Source: Octopus bimaculoides (lineage: Eukaryota). From it: DNA of 64,000 nt. The first letter of the stretch is position 1. Each line of letters begins with the position of its first letter. Location of the stretch: positions 7,464,433 to 7,528,432 of the forward strand of contig NC_069005.1 of assembly GCF_001194135.2 (NCBI RefSeq), read 5' to 3'. Below, in pieces: positions 52,326-64,000 of the stretch. The notes under the pieces were generated by a model that saw only the letters and a list, made by a program, of their open reading frames with translations, was not told the DNA's origin and made no database searches. The translations under genes and the position numbers were made by a program.

Positions 52326-53070
52326 TCTCAGCATTATCATTGTCTGCCAAGGTTGACTTTGCCTTTAAACCTTTCAGAGTTGATAATATAAATACCAGTT
52401 GAACACTGGGGTTGATGTAATCAACTTGCCCCCTTCCCATACAATTTCAGGCCTTGTGCCTAGAGTAGAAGCAATTATTATTATTGTTATTATTCCAGAC
52501 ATTGCATATCTGGAAATCCATTATCTGTTTATTCTTTCTTTTTTTTTTCTTTTTTATATTTTGATTTGATGCTGCAAAGTTGAGATGGAATGACAGATTT
52601 ATTTATGAAAGAATATCAGACTAGAAACTAAAACCGATCTCGTGCAGCAAGAAAATGGTTCTATAGAAATACCATAATAAGCTTATAGAAATCTAGAAGC
52701 ATTACAAATCTAGGATTGTATTCCAGCTACCAAGAGTTTATATTTTCAGCTTTATCAATAGTTCTGTCTAGAGATTCTGAGGGTGGTGGTCAAGGTAGGA
52801 GTGGAGGTCTCTTTGTTACTTAGACATCAATAATAATAGTGGAAGCCAGCAACGGACAATCATTCCAAGTATTTTATATTTTATTTATTTTTTGTTTGTT
52901 TGCAGTCGTTGGACTGTGGCCATGCTGGGGCATCACCTTAAATGGTTTAGTTCAAACGAATCAACCCCAGTAAATATTTTTAAGTCTGGTACTCATTTTA
53001 TCAGTCTCTTTTTGTCGAACCACTAAGTTACAGGGGACGTAGATGAACCAACATTTGTTGTCAGGTGGTA

Positions 53071-53168
53071 GAAGGGTCAGAACGCTCATTGTACTGAATA
53101 AAGATGACTGCTAAAATCTGTCTTCCGTTTATTATCTTTATTCAGTACAATGAGCCTTTTGACCCTTC
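53071..53168. repeat. 35-bp imperfect inverted repeat with 28-nt spacer
   Basis: GAAGGGTCAGAACGCTCATTGTACTGAATAAAGAT versus ATCTTTATTCAGTACAATGAGCCTTTTGACCCTTC (2 mismatches). Confidence 0.9.
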
Positions 53169-54779
53169 CTGCAACTGTCCGTTATAGATAGAATTTTCTG
53201 CATCTAACAATGTTGCACCAATCTTGGCAGTTTGTGTTACATCAGGTAGATGCATAAAAAAGGGAATGTCTCGCTAGATATACTGAGATGTCCTAGACAT
53301 GTTGTTCGTGCCTGCTGTAGTTTGGTTATGACCGGATACAGTTGCCCGTGGGTATATAACATAAAATTAAACTCACACAATCATTATATATAGAGAGTAC
53401 AGCCTATGAAAGAAATATTACATTTTGGTTAATGGGGGGAGGTGTGCACTCCCAGTCAAGAACACACACAGGCGTACAAGCATGCACATACACAGCCACA
53501 CACACAAGCTGTTAATTAGTGACACAGAATCACAGAAGAAAGAGAGTAAAACAATCAAAGATTATATTAAGGTGTAGGAGTCTACATTCATGGGACATAA
53601 ACACTGTTTACGAACCACATGGTTCCGGGTTCAGTCCCACTGCGTGGCACCTTGGTCGAGTGTCTTCTACTATAGCCTTGGGCCAACCAAAGCCTTGTGA
53701 ATGGATTTGGTAGAAAGAAACTGAAAGAAGCCTGTCATTTATATGTATGTGTGTGTATGTTTGTGTGTCTGCGTTTGTCCTCCCAACATCGCTTGGCAAC
53801 CGATGCTGATGTGTTTACGTCCCTGTAACTTAGCAGTTCGGCAAAAGAGACCGATAGAATAAGTACTAGGCTTACAAAGAATAAGTCCTGGGGTCGATTA
53901 GCTCAACTAAAGGCGGTGCTCCAGCATGGCCAAAGTCAAATGACTGAAACAAGTAAAAAAGTAAAAGAGGGTAATAATGTAAAAGAATAAGGATTTAGAA
54001 CCACATCCTTCCAGGTTCATTCTCACTGCATGGCACTTTGGGTAAGCGTCTTCTGCTATAGCCGTGGGTTGACCAAAGCCTTGTGAGTGGATTTGGTAGA
54101 CAGAAACTAAAAGAAGCCTGTTGTATATATGTGTGTGTATGTGTCTGTGTTTGTCCCCCACCAACACTTGTCAACCAGTGTTGGTGTATCTACACCCTCA
54201 TAATTTAGCAGTTTGGCAAAAGAGATCAGTAGAATAAGTACCAGACTAAAAAAGAGAAAAAGAAAGTATTGGATTTGGCTAACATTTCTTCAAGGTGGTG
54301 CCGTAGTATGGCCACAGTCTAATGATTGAAACAAGTAAAAGATTAAAGAAAAGATGAATTGAGTCTCTATTAAGGACTACTGAACTGAAAAGAAAGGAAA
54401 CGGTCTGCTTAATGTTAATGCTAAATTGATCTTATGTCAAGACAAAAGGAAAATCTCTTGTTTCATTCCAATTCTATACTCAATCATATCATATATGGCA
54501 GCGAGGGACTTGGGTTCTTTCAGATTGAACTTTTTCTTCGTTTAGCTGTGTACAATAGATTTCTTTAGATGAAAGAAAAGAAGAAAACAAAAACCCCAGC
54601 ATCCGTATTTAACAACACTGATCGGATAATTATAATTAAAAACCATATCTATCTATATATATGTATATATATGGGTATGTGCATGTATATATATATATTT
54701 CAAGGTTTTTAACTTTTAAATTCGTATATTTAAAAGAAATAGAAACTTCAAACTCGATATATCCAAGATCGATCCTCTG

Positions 54780-54819
<40 letters not shown>

Positions 54820-55909
54820 ATATCTTGGATTAATGAGTATACATTAATTAGTGTGCTGATGTTTTGAGTAAAGCACTCGCCCAGTTTAGGCTACCTGGTG
54901 TCATCTGCAGTCAGGATATATTTCCTTTGGATCTGCTTCAAGAATTCTGCAGTGTTAGTTCCCTAAATGAAGCAGGCAAATAACAACATGATGTACTCAA
55001 ACTCAAGATCTTTCTTTTAGTCAAACATATCGACCCTTGGACTTATTCTTTGTAAGCCTAGTACTTGTTCTGTTGATCTCTTATTGCCGAACCGCTAAGT
55101 GAAGGGGATGTAAACATATCGGTTGTCAAGCAATGGTGTGGGGGACAAACACAGACACACACACATATATATACGATGGGCTTCTTTCAGTTTCTGTCTA
55201 CCAAATCCACTCACAAGGCTTTGGTCAGCCCGAGGTTGTAGTAGAAGGCACTTGCCCAAAGTACCATGGAGCTGTATCAGCCTTTCACTTATCCCTTGGA
55301 TAACATTAGTGACACGGAGCGGGGAGGCTGGTATGAATGGGTGACTGCCGGTCTTCCATAAACAACCTTGCCCTGACCTGTGCCTTGGAGAGGAATTTTC
55401 TAGGTGCAATCCCATGGTCATTCATGATCGAAAGGGGTCTTTTAAATTGGTTATATTTCTACAATATACAAAATATTTTAACAATTTTTTTTTATTATAC
55501 AATTCCTAAATAATACTTAATTACAAAATTATAATAGGACTTCTTAAACATCAAATGACTATGAGGTTCCCACAAGAGTAAAATAGGAGTCAAAGGGGTC
55601 CATAGATAGTAAATGGTTGAGAACCAGTGCACTAGGAGGATAGTGGGCTTAACGTATGAAAGAGTCAGAGCAGAACAGGTTTGTTTCTATAGGGCAGTTA
55701 CATTGCTACTCGCATTTTGGAGGATTATCACAAGTGGAGTTGGTAGTGAATAATGATAAAAGAGTGGAGTAAAAAGAATAAAGACTAACTGGAAGAAGAG
55801 AAAAATAAAACAAGAAAATAACAAATTTTTGGAACCAAAACATAAAAAATTGATAAAAAGAGACTTGAATAATGGTTGTCATAACATTTTTGCTTTACTT
55901 TCTTTCCAG

Positions 55910-56038
55910 GGGTTTTTCTTCCAGCTTTCTGTGATCCTAGTGAATGCCGGGGAAAAGACAGTAAGCTGAACAAACCTTTATGTATAGCTTGGAACAGCCA
56001 AGGACGAAACCATTACATTCCTCTTGTGGGGATCCAAG
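55910..56038 (+). CDS. VCPIP1: VCPIP1 coding exon 2 (OTU catalytic His)
   Basis: Acceptor tttctttccag; 129 nt, phase 1-1; (G)VFLPAFCDPSECRGKDSKLNKPLCIAWNSQGRNHYIPLVGIQ matches human TFLPGLIPAEKCTGKDGHLNKPICIAWSSSGRNHYIPLVGIK; donor AAG|GTAACT. Confidence 0.95.
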
Positions 56039-56619
56039 GTAACTGTTACAAACCTTCTAAATCTTCTATGAGCCCCATTGCCCCTTTGAGATTTTTTTTT
56101 GTGTGTATGTGTGATAATCCTCATTGTTCTTGTTTAGCGTCTACTTTGCCATGTTCACGTGGGTCTGATGGGATTTTATTGAGGTTGATTTTTTATGACT
56201 TGATGCCTTTCCTGATGCTAACCCACCTCACCTGTTTCCAGGTGAGAGGTTTGGCTAATGTTATCTAGTTACCTCGAAGAAAAAAACTTGATTATCACAG
56301 CTGGAATGTCTGTGGTCATAAACCTACTCAATTAAGATCAGTCATAAGTTTGTTCAATCAAGGTTGGGCTGGGATTTATGCTACAACAACCATCCTCTCA
56401 AGAACTGACACCACCACCCCTCTCCACACTCTGCTCTGTCTTAGTCCCTCTTCTTTCTCCCCTGTTCAAGGTTCAGAAATTTATTTATAAATTATTATTT
56501 TTTTAAACTTAGAATTGAAAGATTTCATGCAGTTTATTTGCATATACAGCTAATCAGTTCGTTCAGTTCCACATGGAATGAATGGTTCGGTATTTTTGAA
56601 ATGTTGTGTAATTACCTTG

Positions 56620-56895
56620 TGTGCTATTAAGTGAAATTAGTTGTATCTAGTATGCAAATTAAATGTATCAACTAGTATGTAATTAAGTGAAATTGGCTCC
56701 ATCTATTATGCAATTAAGTGAAATTGGTTATATCATTTAGTATGCAATTAACTGAAATTGGCTGTATCCAGTATGCAATTAAGTGAAATTGGCTGTATCA
56801 TCTAGTATGCAATTAAGTGAAATTGGTTGTATCATCTAGTATGCAACTAAGTGAAATACACTGCATATAGTATGCAATTAAGTGAAATTGGCTGC
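56620..56895. repeat. Minisatellite, about 30-34-bp unit (AGTATGCAATTAAGTGAAATTGGCTGTATCATCT), about 8 copies
   Basis: Directly visible tandem array in the intron between VCPIP1 coding exons 2 and 3. Confidence 0.9.
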
Positions 56896-56993
56896 TGTAG
56901 TTTCTTGTGGCAACAACATTAAAAAAATCAATAAAATAATTGAAAACTAATGTTTTAATCTCTTCTTAAGTGATTGATCTGGTTTTTGTTTAG

Positions 56994-57124
56994 GAAAACC
57001 TCTTGCTCGCCTACCAAAGACTCTTTTGCAGAAGGCATGGGGCATGCCCAATCATCTGATCTCTGATTACATAGAGTTTGATGAAAATGCCTGTTGTATT
57101 GTCGGGGGTGATAAACCTCTTTCG
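56994..57124 (+). CDS. VCPIP1: VCPIP1 coding exon 3
   Basis: Acceptor tttttgtttag; 131 nt, phase 1-0; (G)KPLARLPKTLLQKAWGMPNHLISDYIEFDENACCIVGGDKPLS versus human LPKLPMNLLPKAWGVPQDLIKKYIKLEEDGGCVIGGDRSLQ; donor TCG|GTAAGT. Confidence 0.94.
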
Positions 57125-57353
57125 GTAAGTCCATACTTAATCTTTTTTGCTCTACTCTCTTTTATATCCCTCACTGCTCTGCTCAACTCTTTTTCTCAAT
57201 GAAGTTCATTGTTCAGTTGCTAATCCTTTATCTACAAACATCCTTAAACTGGAATTTTTTTTTAACTCCTCTTAACCCACCTGAAACTGCTCCTGGTTCT
57301 ATGATATAAACTGCCTGTTTTAAAATGACCTAAACCAAAACTTTCCATTAGAG

Positions 57354-58447
57354 CAGTGGCTCTCAACCATTTTTTGCCTATGGATCTATGGGTCCCGTTT
57401 TTACGTGGGAAGAAGAAAAATGTAAAAAAAAATATTTTGTCCACAAAATAAAAACAAGTTGATGAGAGCGGACCCCTTTGATTCCTGTTTTACTCATATA
57501 GACCCTCCTAGCCATTTGATGTTTCACCCTTTCGATACTAACCCAGCTGAAACCATCTCTGGCTCTGTAGTACAAATGTCTTGTTTGTATAAGTAAAATC
57601 TTCCACCAAACCTTAGTCACAACTTATGTTCCTAACACTAGCTGAATGATAACTAAGTTATTTTACTAAATTCTTTGTTATATTTAAAATTAATTGAAAG
57701 AAACACAGAGCATCTCAACAGAAATATGGTAACAAAAGGATTAAAATATATAATAGAGAAACAATTCTTAACCCTTTCGAGACCAACCTGGTTGAAACCA
57801 CCTCTGGATCTCTAGTACAAATATTTTGTTTTCATAAGTTTTGTATTAAATTTTCCACCAAACCTTAGTCACAATTTATGTTCCTAACGTTAGCTTAATG
57901 ATAACTAAGTTATTTTACTAAATTCTTTGTTATATTTAAAGATCAATTGAAAGAAACTCAGAGCATCTCAAAATAAATACAGTAACGAAAGGGTTAAAAA
58001 ATCACATTGTATTTTCACAGTATATTAGGGATTGCATAAAAAAATGTTTAAATATTTTGTGTACTGTAGAAGTTTAACCAATTTGTTGCATATAAATTTT
58101 AACAACAAAATCTTGCATGGACCCCAGAAGGGTTACATGGACCTCCCAGGGGCCATGTGGACCCTGGTTGAGAACCATTGGTCAAGGACAGTGTTTCTCA
58201 ACCATTTTTTTTACCTATTGACCCCTTTGTTCCCTGTTTTACTTAGATGGACCCTCATAGCCAATTCAATGCTTAAAAAATTCTTTTTTTAATATACTTT
58301 TATGATAAAATATTATTAAGAATTGCGTAAAAAAAGTTTAAAATATTTTGTATCTTGTAGAAGAATAATCAATTTATTTCACATAATTTTTTACAAAATC
58401 TTATATGGGCCTCCAAGGGCCTTATGGATCCCAGTCGAGGATCACTG
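57354..58447. mobile_element. Composite hAT MITE pair (57354-58180 and 58189-58447)
   Basis: CAGTGGCTCTCAACC...GGTTGAGAACCATTG, 8-bp spacer GTCAAGGA, CAGTGTTTCTCAACC...GAGGATCACTG; outer 8-bp flanks CATTAGAG / CATTAGAA. Confidence 0.7.
57527..57993. mobile_element. Two tandem piggyBac-type MITEs, family 2 (57527-57740, 57772-57993)
   Basis: TTAA-CCCTTTCG...CGAAAGGG-TTAA termini; the two copies are closely similar internally. Confidence 0.75.
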
Positions 58448-58950
58448 CATTAGAATTTTATGCTAATTTATGTTCTAAGCACTAGCTTTATAAGGACAAA
58501 GTTATTTTAATAAATTCTTTATTTTCAAAACTAATTGAAAGAAAGACTGTCTATATGAAAAGAAATACAGCAAAAAAAGAGTTAAGTTAAAGCGAGTACC
58601 GCAGATGGAAAATTTCTCAGAGAACTCAGAAAGATTTTTTTGAAACCATTGAAAATTTTGTTATTTTGAGTAAGAAATGAAAGGATAAAAAATAAAAGTG
58701 ATTTGTGTCTGTTTTATATTGTCGACAAACTGATATGAAAGTTTAAAGACAGATTTGTTTACTTGGAAAAAAAAAAGACATTTCCAAAGCAAAACAGTTA
58801 CATTGTATGAAACTGAATTTGGACTAAATTTATATAAAACTACCTTCACAGTACATCTATAAGTTGTTTTACATATAAAACTACCCGAACAGTACATTTA
58901 TCCCATGATCACGTGACCGACCAGATTATCAGATGCTGCTGCACAATGCT

Positions 58951-59016
58951 TGTCATACATTGCTGTCATACATTGCTTGTCATACATTGCTGTCATACAT
59001 TGCTGTCATACATTGC
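58951..59016. repeat. 13-bp tandem repeat TGTCATACATTGC x5
   Basis: Directly visible. Confidence 0.9.
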
Positions 59017-60024
59017 TCCTGTTTAACACCTTCACCTGGCCCTGCCTTTGGTTACTGTTTATTGAGCCCACTCCATTCAGGTTAGGTTTTCATTTTGGCC
59101 TGAGGATAAGTTTCTTTCACCCATTAATCTCAAGGCCATGAGACACTTCCCTCTTCCTTCTTCTGATTTAGCCATTAACAAACAAACACCTCTCTTTGGG
59201 CTCTACTCTCCTCCCCTCTTTCTCATTCACTCATTGACATAACACTTGACAGTGATAAAACATACAGTAAACAAATAGTTTATAATTTTTTTTCCAAATT
59301 TGCATTTTCACCTTTAACCTCTGCAGATAGCTTACTCATCATCGTCGTTTAACGTCCGCTTTCCATGCTAGCATGGGTTGGACGATTTGACTGAGGACTG
59401 GTGAAACCAGATGGCTACACCAGGCTCCAATCTGATTTGGCAGAGTTTCTACAGCTGGATGCCCTTCCTAGCGCCAACCACTCAGAGAGTGTAGTAGGTG
59501 CTTTTACGTGCCACCGGCACGAAGGCCAGTCAGGTGGTACTGGCAACGGCCACGCTCAAAATGGTGTATTTTACGTGCCACCTGCACAGGAGCCAGTTCG
59601 GCGGCACTGGCAACGATCTCGCTCGAAAGTCTTTACACAAGTGCCAGGAAGGCGATGCTGGGCATCTTATATATAGATGCTGGCATGTTTGTGTAGTTAA
59701 GAAGTTTGCTTCCCAGCCTCATGTTTCCTGGTTCAGTCCCACTATGTAACATGTTGGGCAAATGTCTTTTGCTATTGCCCCAGGCGGGTCAAATCTTTGT
59801 GAGTGGATTTGGTAGATGGAAACAGAAAGAAGCCTGTCATGTGTATATGTCACAGCTACTCACCTGATGACATGCAGGAACACACAGCCACTGCTGCATC
59901 ATATTTATGTAATAGTATGATTTGGAAAACTCAGCAACTAACAGCTGTTGCTAATGTACAGAAACAATTGTTGTGATTTGTGATTAAAACCTATTCATAT
60001 GTATGTATCTATTTATTTATATGC

Positions 60025-60135
60025 ATGTATGTATGTGTATATTTGTGTATGTATGTACGTGTATATTTGTGTATGTATGTACGTGTATATTTGTGTATGT
60101 ATGTATGTGTATATTTGTGTATGTATGTATGTGTA
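60025..60135. repeat. About 24-bp compound microsatellite TATGTATGTACGTGTATATTTGTG x4-5
   Basis: Directly visible; source of the repetitive MYVRVYLC ORFs. Confidence 0.85.
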
Positions 60136-60147
60136 TACACTGGTATA

Positions 60148-60192
<45 letters not shown>

Positions 60193-60703
60193 TCATCATC
60201 ATTTACCATCCCTTTTCTCAAGCTGGTATGGGTTGGATGGTTCCACATGAACAGCTTGAGGACTGCACCAAGTTCTGATGTTTACTTTGGCATGGTTTCC
60301 ACAGCCAGATGCCCTTCCTGTTGCCAACCCTCACCTGTTTTCATGCTCGGTAATATTTCCTCATGGCTGAACATTTTCTTGCAGAATATATTGGAAATGA
60401 ATGACACTGCTTGTATGACAGTGACACTCATTTACAACTATTACACGATGTCAAAACAAGGATATAGAAATCGCACTTGTATACACACACACACACATAT
60501 TCTTCTGTGGTTGTAAAACTAAAATGCTTGTCAAGTTCTGGGATTGATTTATAATCCTATAGTGTATTCTTGATGTGAAGGGAATTATAATAAAAAAAAA
60601 ACCTCTGGGAGTGCTTTGGGGTTGTGCAAGTCTAGTATGTTTCTATCTGTTTTTCTTATAGTATCATGATTCTTAATCAGTGGAATGTGACTTTGTTTTA
60701 TAG

Positions 60704-60815
60704 GAAAAATATATTCAACAATTAGTGACGGCAATGAAGAAAGTGTATCAAGAGGTCCATAGTATTAACCCATGTTTGGTGGCAGATGTATTCCGGTTCA
60801 TATTTAAAAAATCTG
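60704..60815 (+). CDS. VCPIP1: VCPIP1 coding exon 4 (gene continues beyond window)
   Basis: Acceptor tttgttttatag; 112 nt, phase 0-1; EKYIQQLVTAMKKVYQEVHSINPCLVADVFRFIFKKS(G) versus human DKYLLRLVAAMEEVFMDKHGIHPSLVADVHQYFYRRTG; donor CTG|GTAAGT. No later exon recognised before base 64000. Confidence 0.92.
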
Positions 60816-62039
60816 GTAAGTCTTCCTGTCCTCCTTACAAAATTCCAATCCTGACAGGATTGTCTCAAAGCAAATCTAATTCTTTCTATGTCAGCCAATT
60901 TCCATTCTTGTACATTTACTAATTCTCCTATTGCCACCACTTCTGCAAGCATGTGGCTGTCTATACTTTGCTGAAGAGGTCGAAACAAGACTGATACATG
61001 TCCTGAGTTGTCTCTCCTGTTTACTGAGAATAAACCAGCTAATACCATTTTTATTTTACTTTTATTGTTATGTGATTATTTCTGCTTTTTCTAATGCCGC
61101 AGAAGCAGGCATGGATGTGTGGTAAGAAGTTTGCTTCCCGACCACGTAGTTCCAGGTTCAGTCCCACTGTGTGGAACCTTGGGCAAGTGTCTTCAACTGT
61201 AGCCTTGGGCTGTCCAAAGCCTTGTGAGTGGATTTGGTAGATGGAAACTGAAAGAAGCCCATCGTGTGTGTGTGTGTGTTTGTACTTGTGTTTGTGTGTG
61301 TGCACGTGTTTGTGTCAGCATTTGTCTCCCACTACTGCTCGACAACCAGTGTTGGTTTGTTTACATACCCATAACTTAGCGGTTCAGCAAAAGAGACTAA
61401 TAAAGTGCCAGGTTTAAAAAAAATTAAGTACTGGGTCGATTCATTCGAGTAAAAATTCTTCGAGGTGGTGCTCCAGCATGGCTACAGTCCAATGACTGAC
61501 ACAAATAGGAGACGAAAGATAAAATTGTATTTGTTTGTCCCAACGAATAATTAACATAGTAAAATCAACAGAACATCAGATAAACTTGCCTTGAGAGCTA
61601 CTTATTTTAATTCTCCATGCTCTGAGTTCAAATCCCACTAAGGCCATCTTTACCTGCCATCTCCTGAAGGTTGATCAATAATGTAAATCAAGTATTAGAG
61701 ATGGTTTCTTCTCTTGCTCTTCCTCTCTCTCTCTCTCTCTAGATTTTCGTGTCTTCTTAAGTTCATCGTCATCAATTCACCATTTTTTTTTGTTTTTTTG
61801 TTTTTTCAATAAATAAAATAGTTTCTTTAACTATTAATGGTGAGATACTAGAGATATATTTTCTCGGTAAACTTTCCTCACAGTGAACTTCCTTCACGGT
61901 GAATCGATGGTGGTGAACTTACCTGTAATCCTACATTGGTTACCTGGACGAACCAAGAAAGGAGCATTTTCATAGCAACCCCTACCAATCCTTTTTTTAC
62001 CATTTTGTATACAACTTTAGAAAGAATCTTATGTGCCAG

Positions 62040-62462
62040 TGGAGCACTAACAGCGCCGTCCGAGTGTGATCATTGCCAGGGCAGCTGACTGACTTCGGTA
62101 CCAGTGGCACGTAAATAGCACTATTTGAGCGTGATCGTTACCAGTGTCACCTTAGTGGCACGTTAGAAAACATTCAAGCGAGGTTGTTGCCAGTGTCACT
62201 GGACTGACTCCTGTGCAGGTGGTATGTAAAAAACACCATTTTGAGCGTGGTCGTTGCCAGTACTGCATGACTGGCCTTCGTGCCGGGGGCACGTAAAAGC
62301 ACCCACTCCATTCTCGGAGTGGTTGACGTTAGGAAGGGCATCCAGCTGTAGAAACTCTGCCAGATCAGATTGGAGCCTGGTGCAGCCATCCGGTTTGCCA
62401 GTCCTCAGTCAAATCGTCCAACCCATGCTAGCATGGAAAGCGGACGTTAAACGATGATGATG
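62040..62462 (+). mobile_element. RTE 3'-end-derived non-autonomous element (family E); copies at 12205-12548, 23027-23449, 37575-37865, 44100-44375, 50065-50160, 50480-50915, 59338-59630 and others
   Basis: Shared AGGAAGGGCATCCAGCTGTAGAAA...GCATGGAAAGCGGACGTTAAACGATGATGAT end with a (GAT)n tail; internal about 60-bp subrepeats; 42-bp x3 repeats in the 50770-50905 portion. Confidence 0.75.
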
Positions 62463-63878
62463 ATCTTTAAGTCTCTTTACATTATATGTACCAGCGCTAC
62501 CTTCCTATAAGATTGTATTTAGTTAACCTACTTACTGCTCTCTACTTCAAGTATGTTGACACTGCCTTCCTAAATGTCTGCCTTACCACATAATATGTTA
62601 ATAGTTAACTTTTCTTAATGCTCTTTGCACTCGTATATTAACCTTATCTTGACATGTGTTTTAAGTTTATTTGTTAAAGTTTTCAATCTCTCGTTTGGGT
62701 CTGGCTTCTTAGAGGTGGAGCAGGGAGTACCGGAGATTAGGTGGAAAGGAAGTATGTTTTGAAACTCAAGAAAATAAAGGAAATGAATTGAGAAATAAGT
62801 GCCACCCAATAGACACAAACAATAAAACAGACTAAGGGACATTTGACTTTGATCTCTCCTTGTCAATCTTGCTGCCATTTGCCAACAATATATCTATTTT
62901 GTAAACAAGTGACAGTGTTTGTTAATCTATAAATAAAAGATAGATTTGTGGATTAACACCAAACAATGTATAACTGTAGTAGTCTCCAAGATGAAAGTAA
63001 GGCATTGTACGAAACCGTTAAATGAAGGTTAGTCAGTGTGTGAAACCATGAACCGAAGTGAAGTCAATACAGGCACAACAATGACTTAATTGTTTCAGTC
63101 ATTTGACTGTGGCCATGCTGGGGCACTTCCCTGAAGGTTTTAGCCAAACGAATCAACCCCAAGACTTTTTTAAGCTTAGTACTTAGTCTATTGGTCTCTT
63201 TTACCAAACTGCTAATACCAGTTGTCAAGCAGTTGGCGGGCCGGGGGTGGGGGGACGACAAACATAGACTCAAAGACAAACACACACACATATACGATGG
63301 GCTTCTTTCAGTTTCCGTCCACCAGATCCACTCATAAGGCTTTGGTCAGCCCGAGGCTATAGTAAACTGCCCAAAGTGCTACGCAGTGGAACTGAACCTG
63401 GGACCATGTGGTTGGGAAGCAAGCTTCTTACCACACAGCCACACCTGTGCCTATTTAAGTAAATTTAATATTTGTTTAATTTAGAGTGTGTTGACTAAGG
63501 TAACCACTCCTGGTTCAGAAAAATCAGTAAATCCACGAATGTTTTGGGATCAAAAGTTCTGGAAAATCAATGTTGTTCATTGGAATCAAAGGATTCCAGT
63601 ATCAATACATCAGATTCTCTTTAATTAGCCATTTCATTATATGTGAATGAATTTCTAGTTCGCTTAATCACACACATCACTCTCCTTCAGATTTTAAGCA
63701 TCATCTCTCTACATATCTGTCTGTCTGTTTGTCTATCCACTCACTCACACACTCAAAAAAAAAATTACTTTATATCAGAACTAAATATGTTTACACGGAC
63801 ATGAATATTAACTCTATACCATTCTGTATAGTTACTCCTATCAAATCTAAAGACTTTGTTGTTAGCTCCTCCATGGAT

Positions 63879-63915
<37 letters not shown>

Positions 63916-64000
63916 TCTTTTACTTGTTTCAGTCATTTGACTGTAGCCATGCTGAAGCACCTTTAGTCGAGCAAGTCGACCCCAGAGCTTATTCTTTGTA

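Noticed and set aside
56620-56895. CRISPR-like array (also the 42-bp repeats at 50770-50905)
   Set aside because: Contiguous tandem repeats without unique spacers, no cas genes, eukaryotic intron context.
62615-62878. 87-aa minus ORF, or next VCPIP1 exon in this region
   Set aside because: No similarity to the expected VQPEEV...HKCLLCG segment in any + frame, and the minus ORF is unrecognisable.

Overview
Eukaryotic, AT-rich, repeat-dense genomic DNA from a gapped assembly (10 N-gaps). The repeat landscape (tRNA-derived SINEs, RTE LINE tails, mariner/piggyBac/hAT MITEs, very dense microsatellites) points to an octopus genome; this is an inference from recall, not a database search. Two genes are arranged head-to-head around a CpG-retaining zone at about 28.6-36.4 kb. 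On the + strand is VCPIP1/VCIP135, a p97-associated OTU deubiquitinase, with four in-frame coding exons (42982-43816, 55910-56038, 56994-57124, 60704-60815) that continue past the window end. On the - strand is the first coding exon (33190-33114, MATDEKRPKKGILKNSSSFDKPDQT) of a probable PP1 inhibitor-2 (PPP1R2). Its core second exon is not visible, so it lies in a gap or left of base 1. This exon is absent from the ORF track because it is short. Most interesting observations: (1) phase-matched symmetric micro/cassette exons and possible poison exons in the long first intron of the I-2-like gene; (2) a MITE-donated ETS site in the shared promoter; (3) a perfect 120-bp palindrome and hammerhead-like motifs at Penelope-like termini; (4) a composite hAT unit with nested piggyBac-type MITEs; (5) inverted repeats bracketing a VCPIP1 exon; (6) modular head/tail swapping among SINEs. 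No CRISPR array, rRNA or genuine tRNA gene is supported. Nearly all other ORFs in the track are microsatellite, repeat or N-gap artefacts. I do not see a clear-cut novel multi-gene system; the splice-isoform hypotheses below need RNA data.
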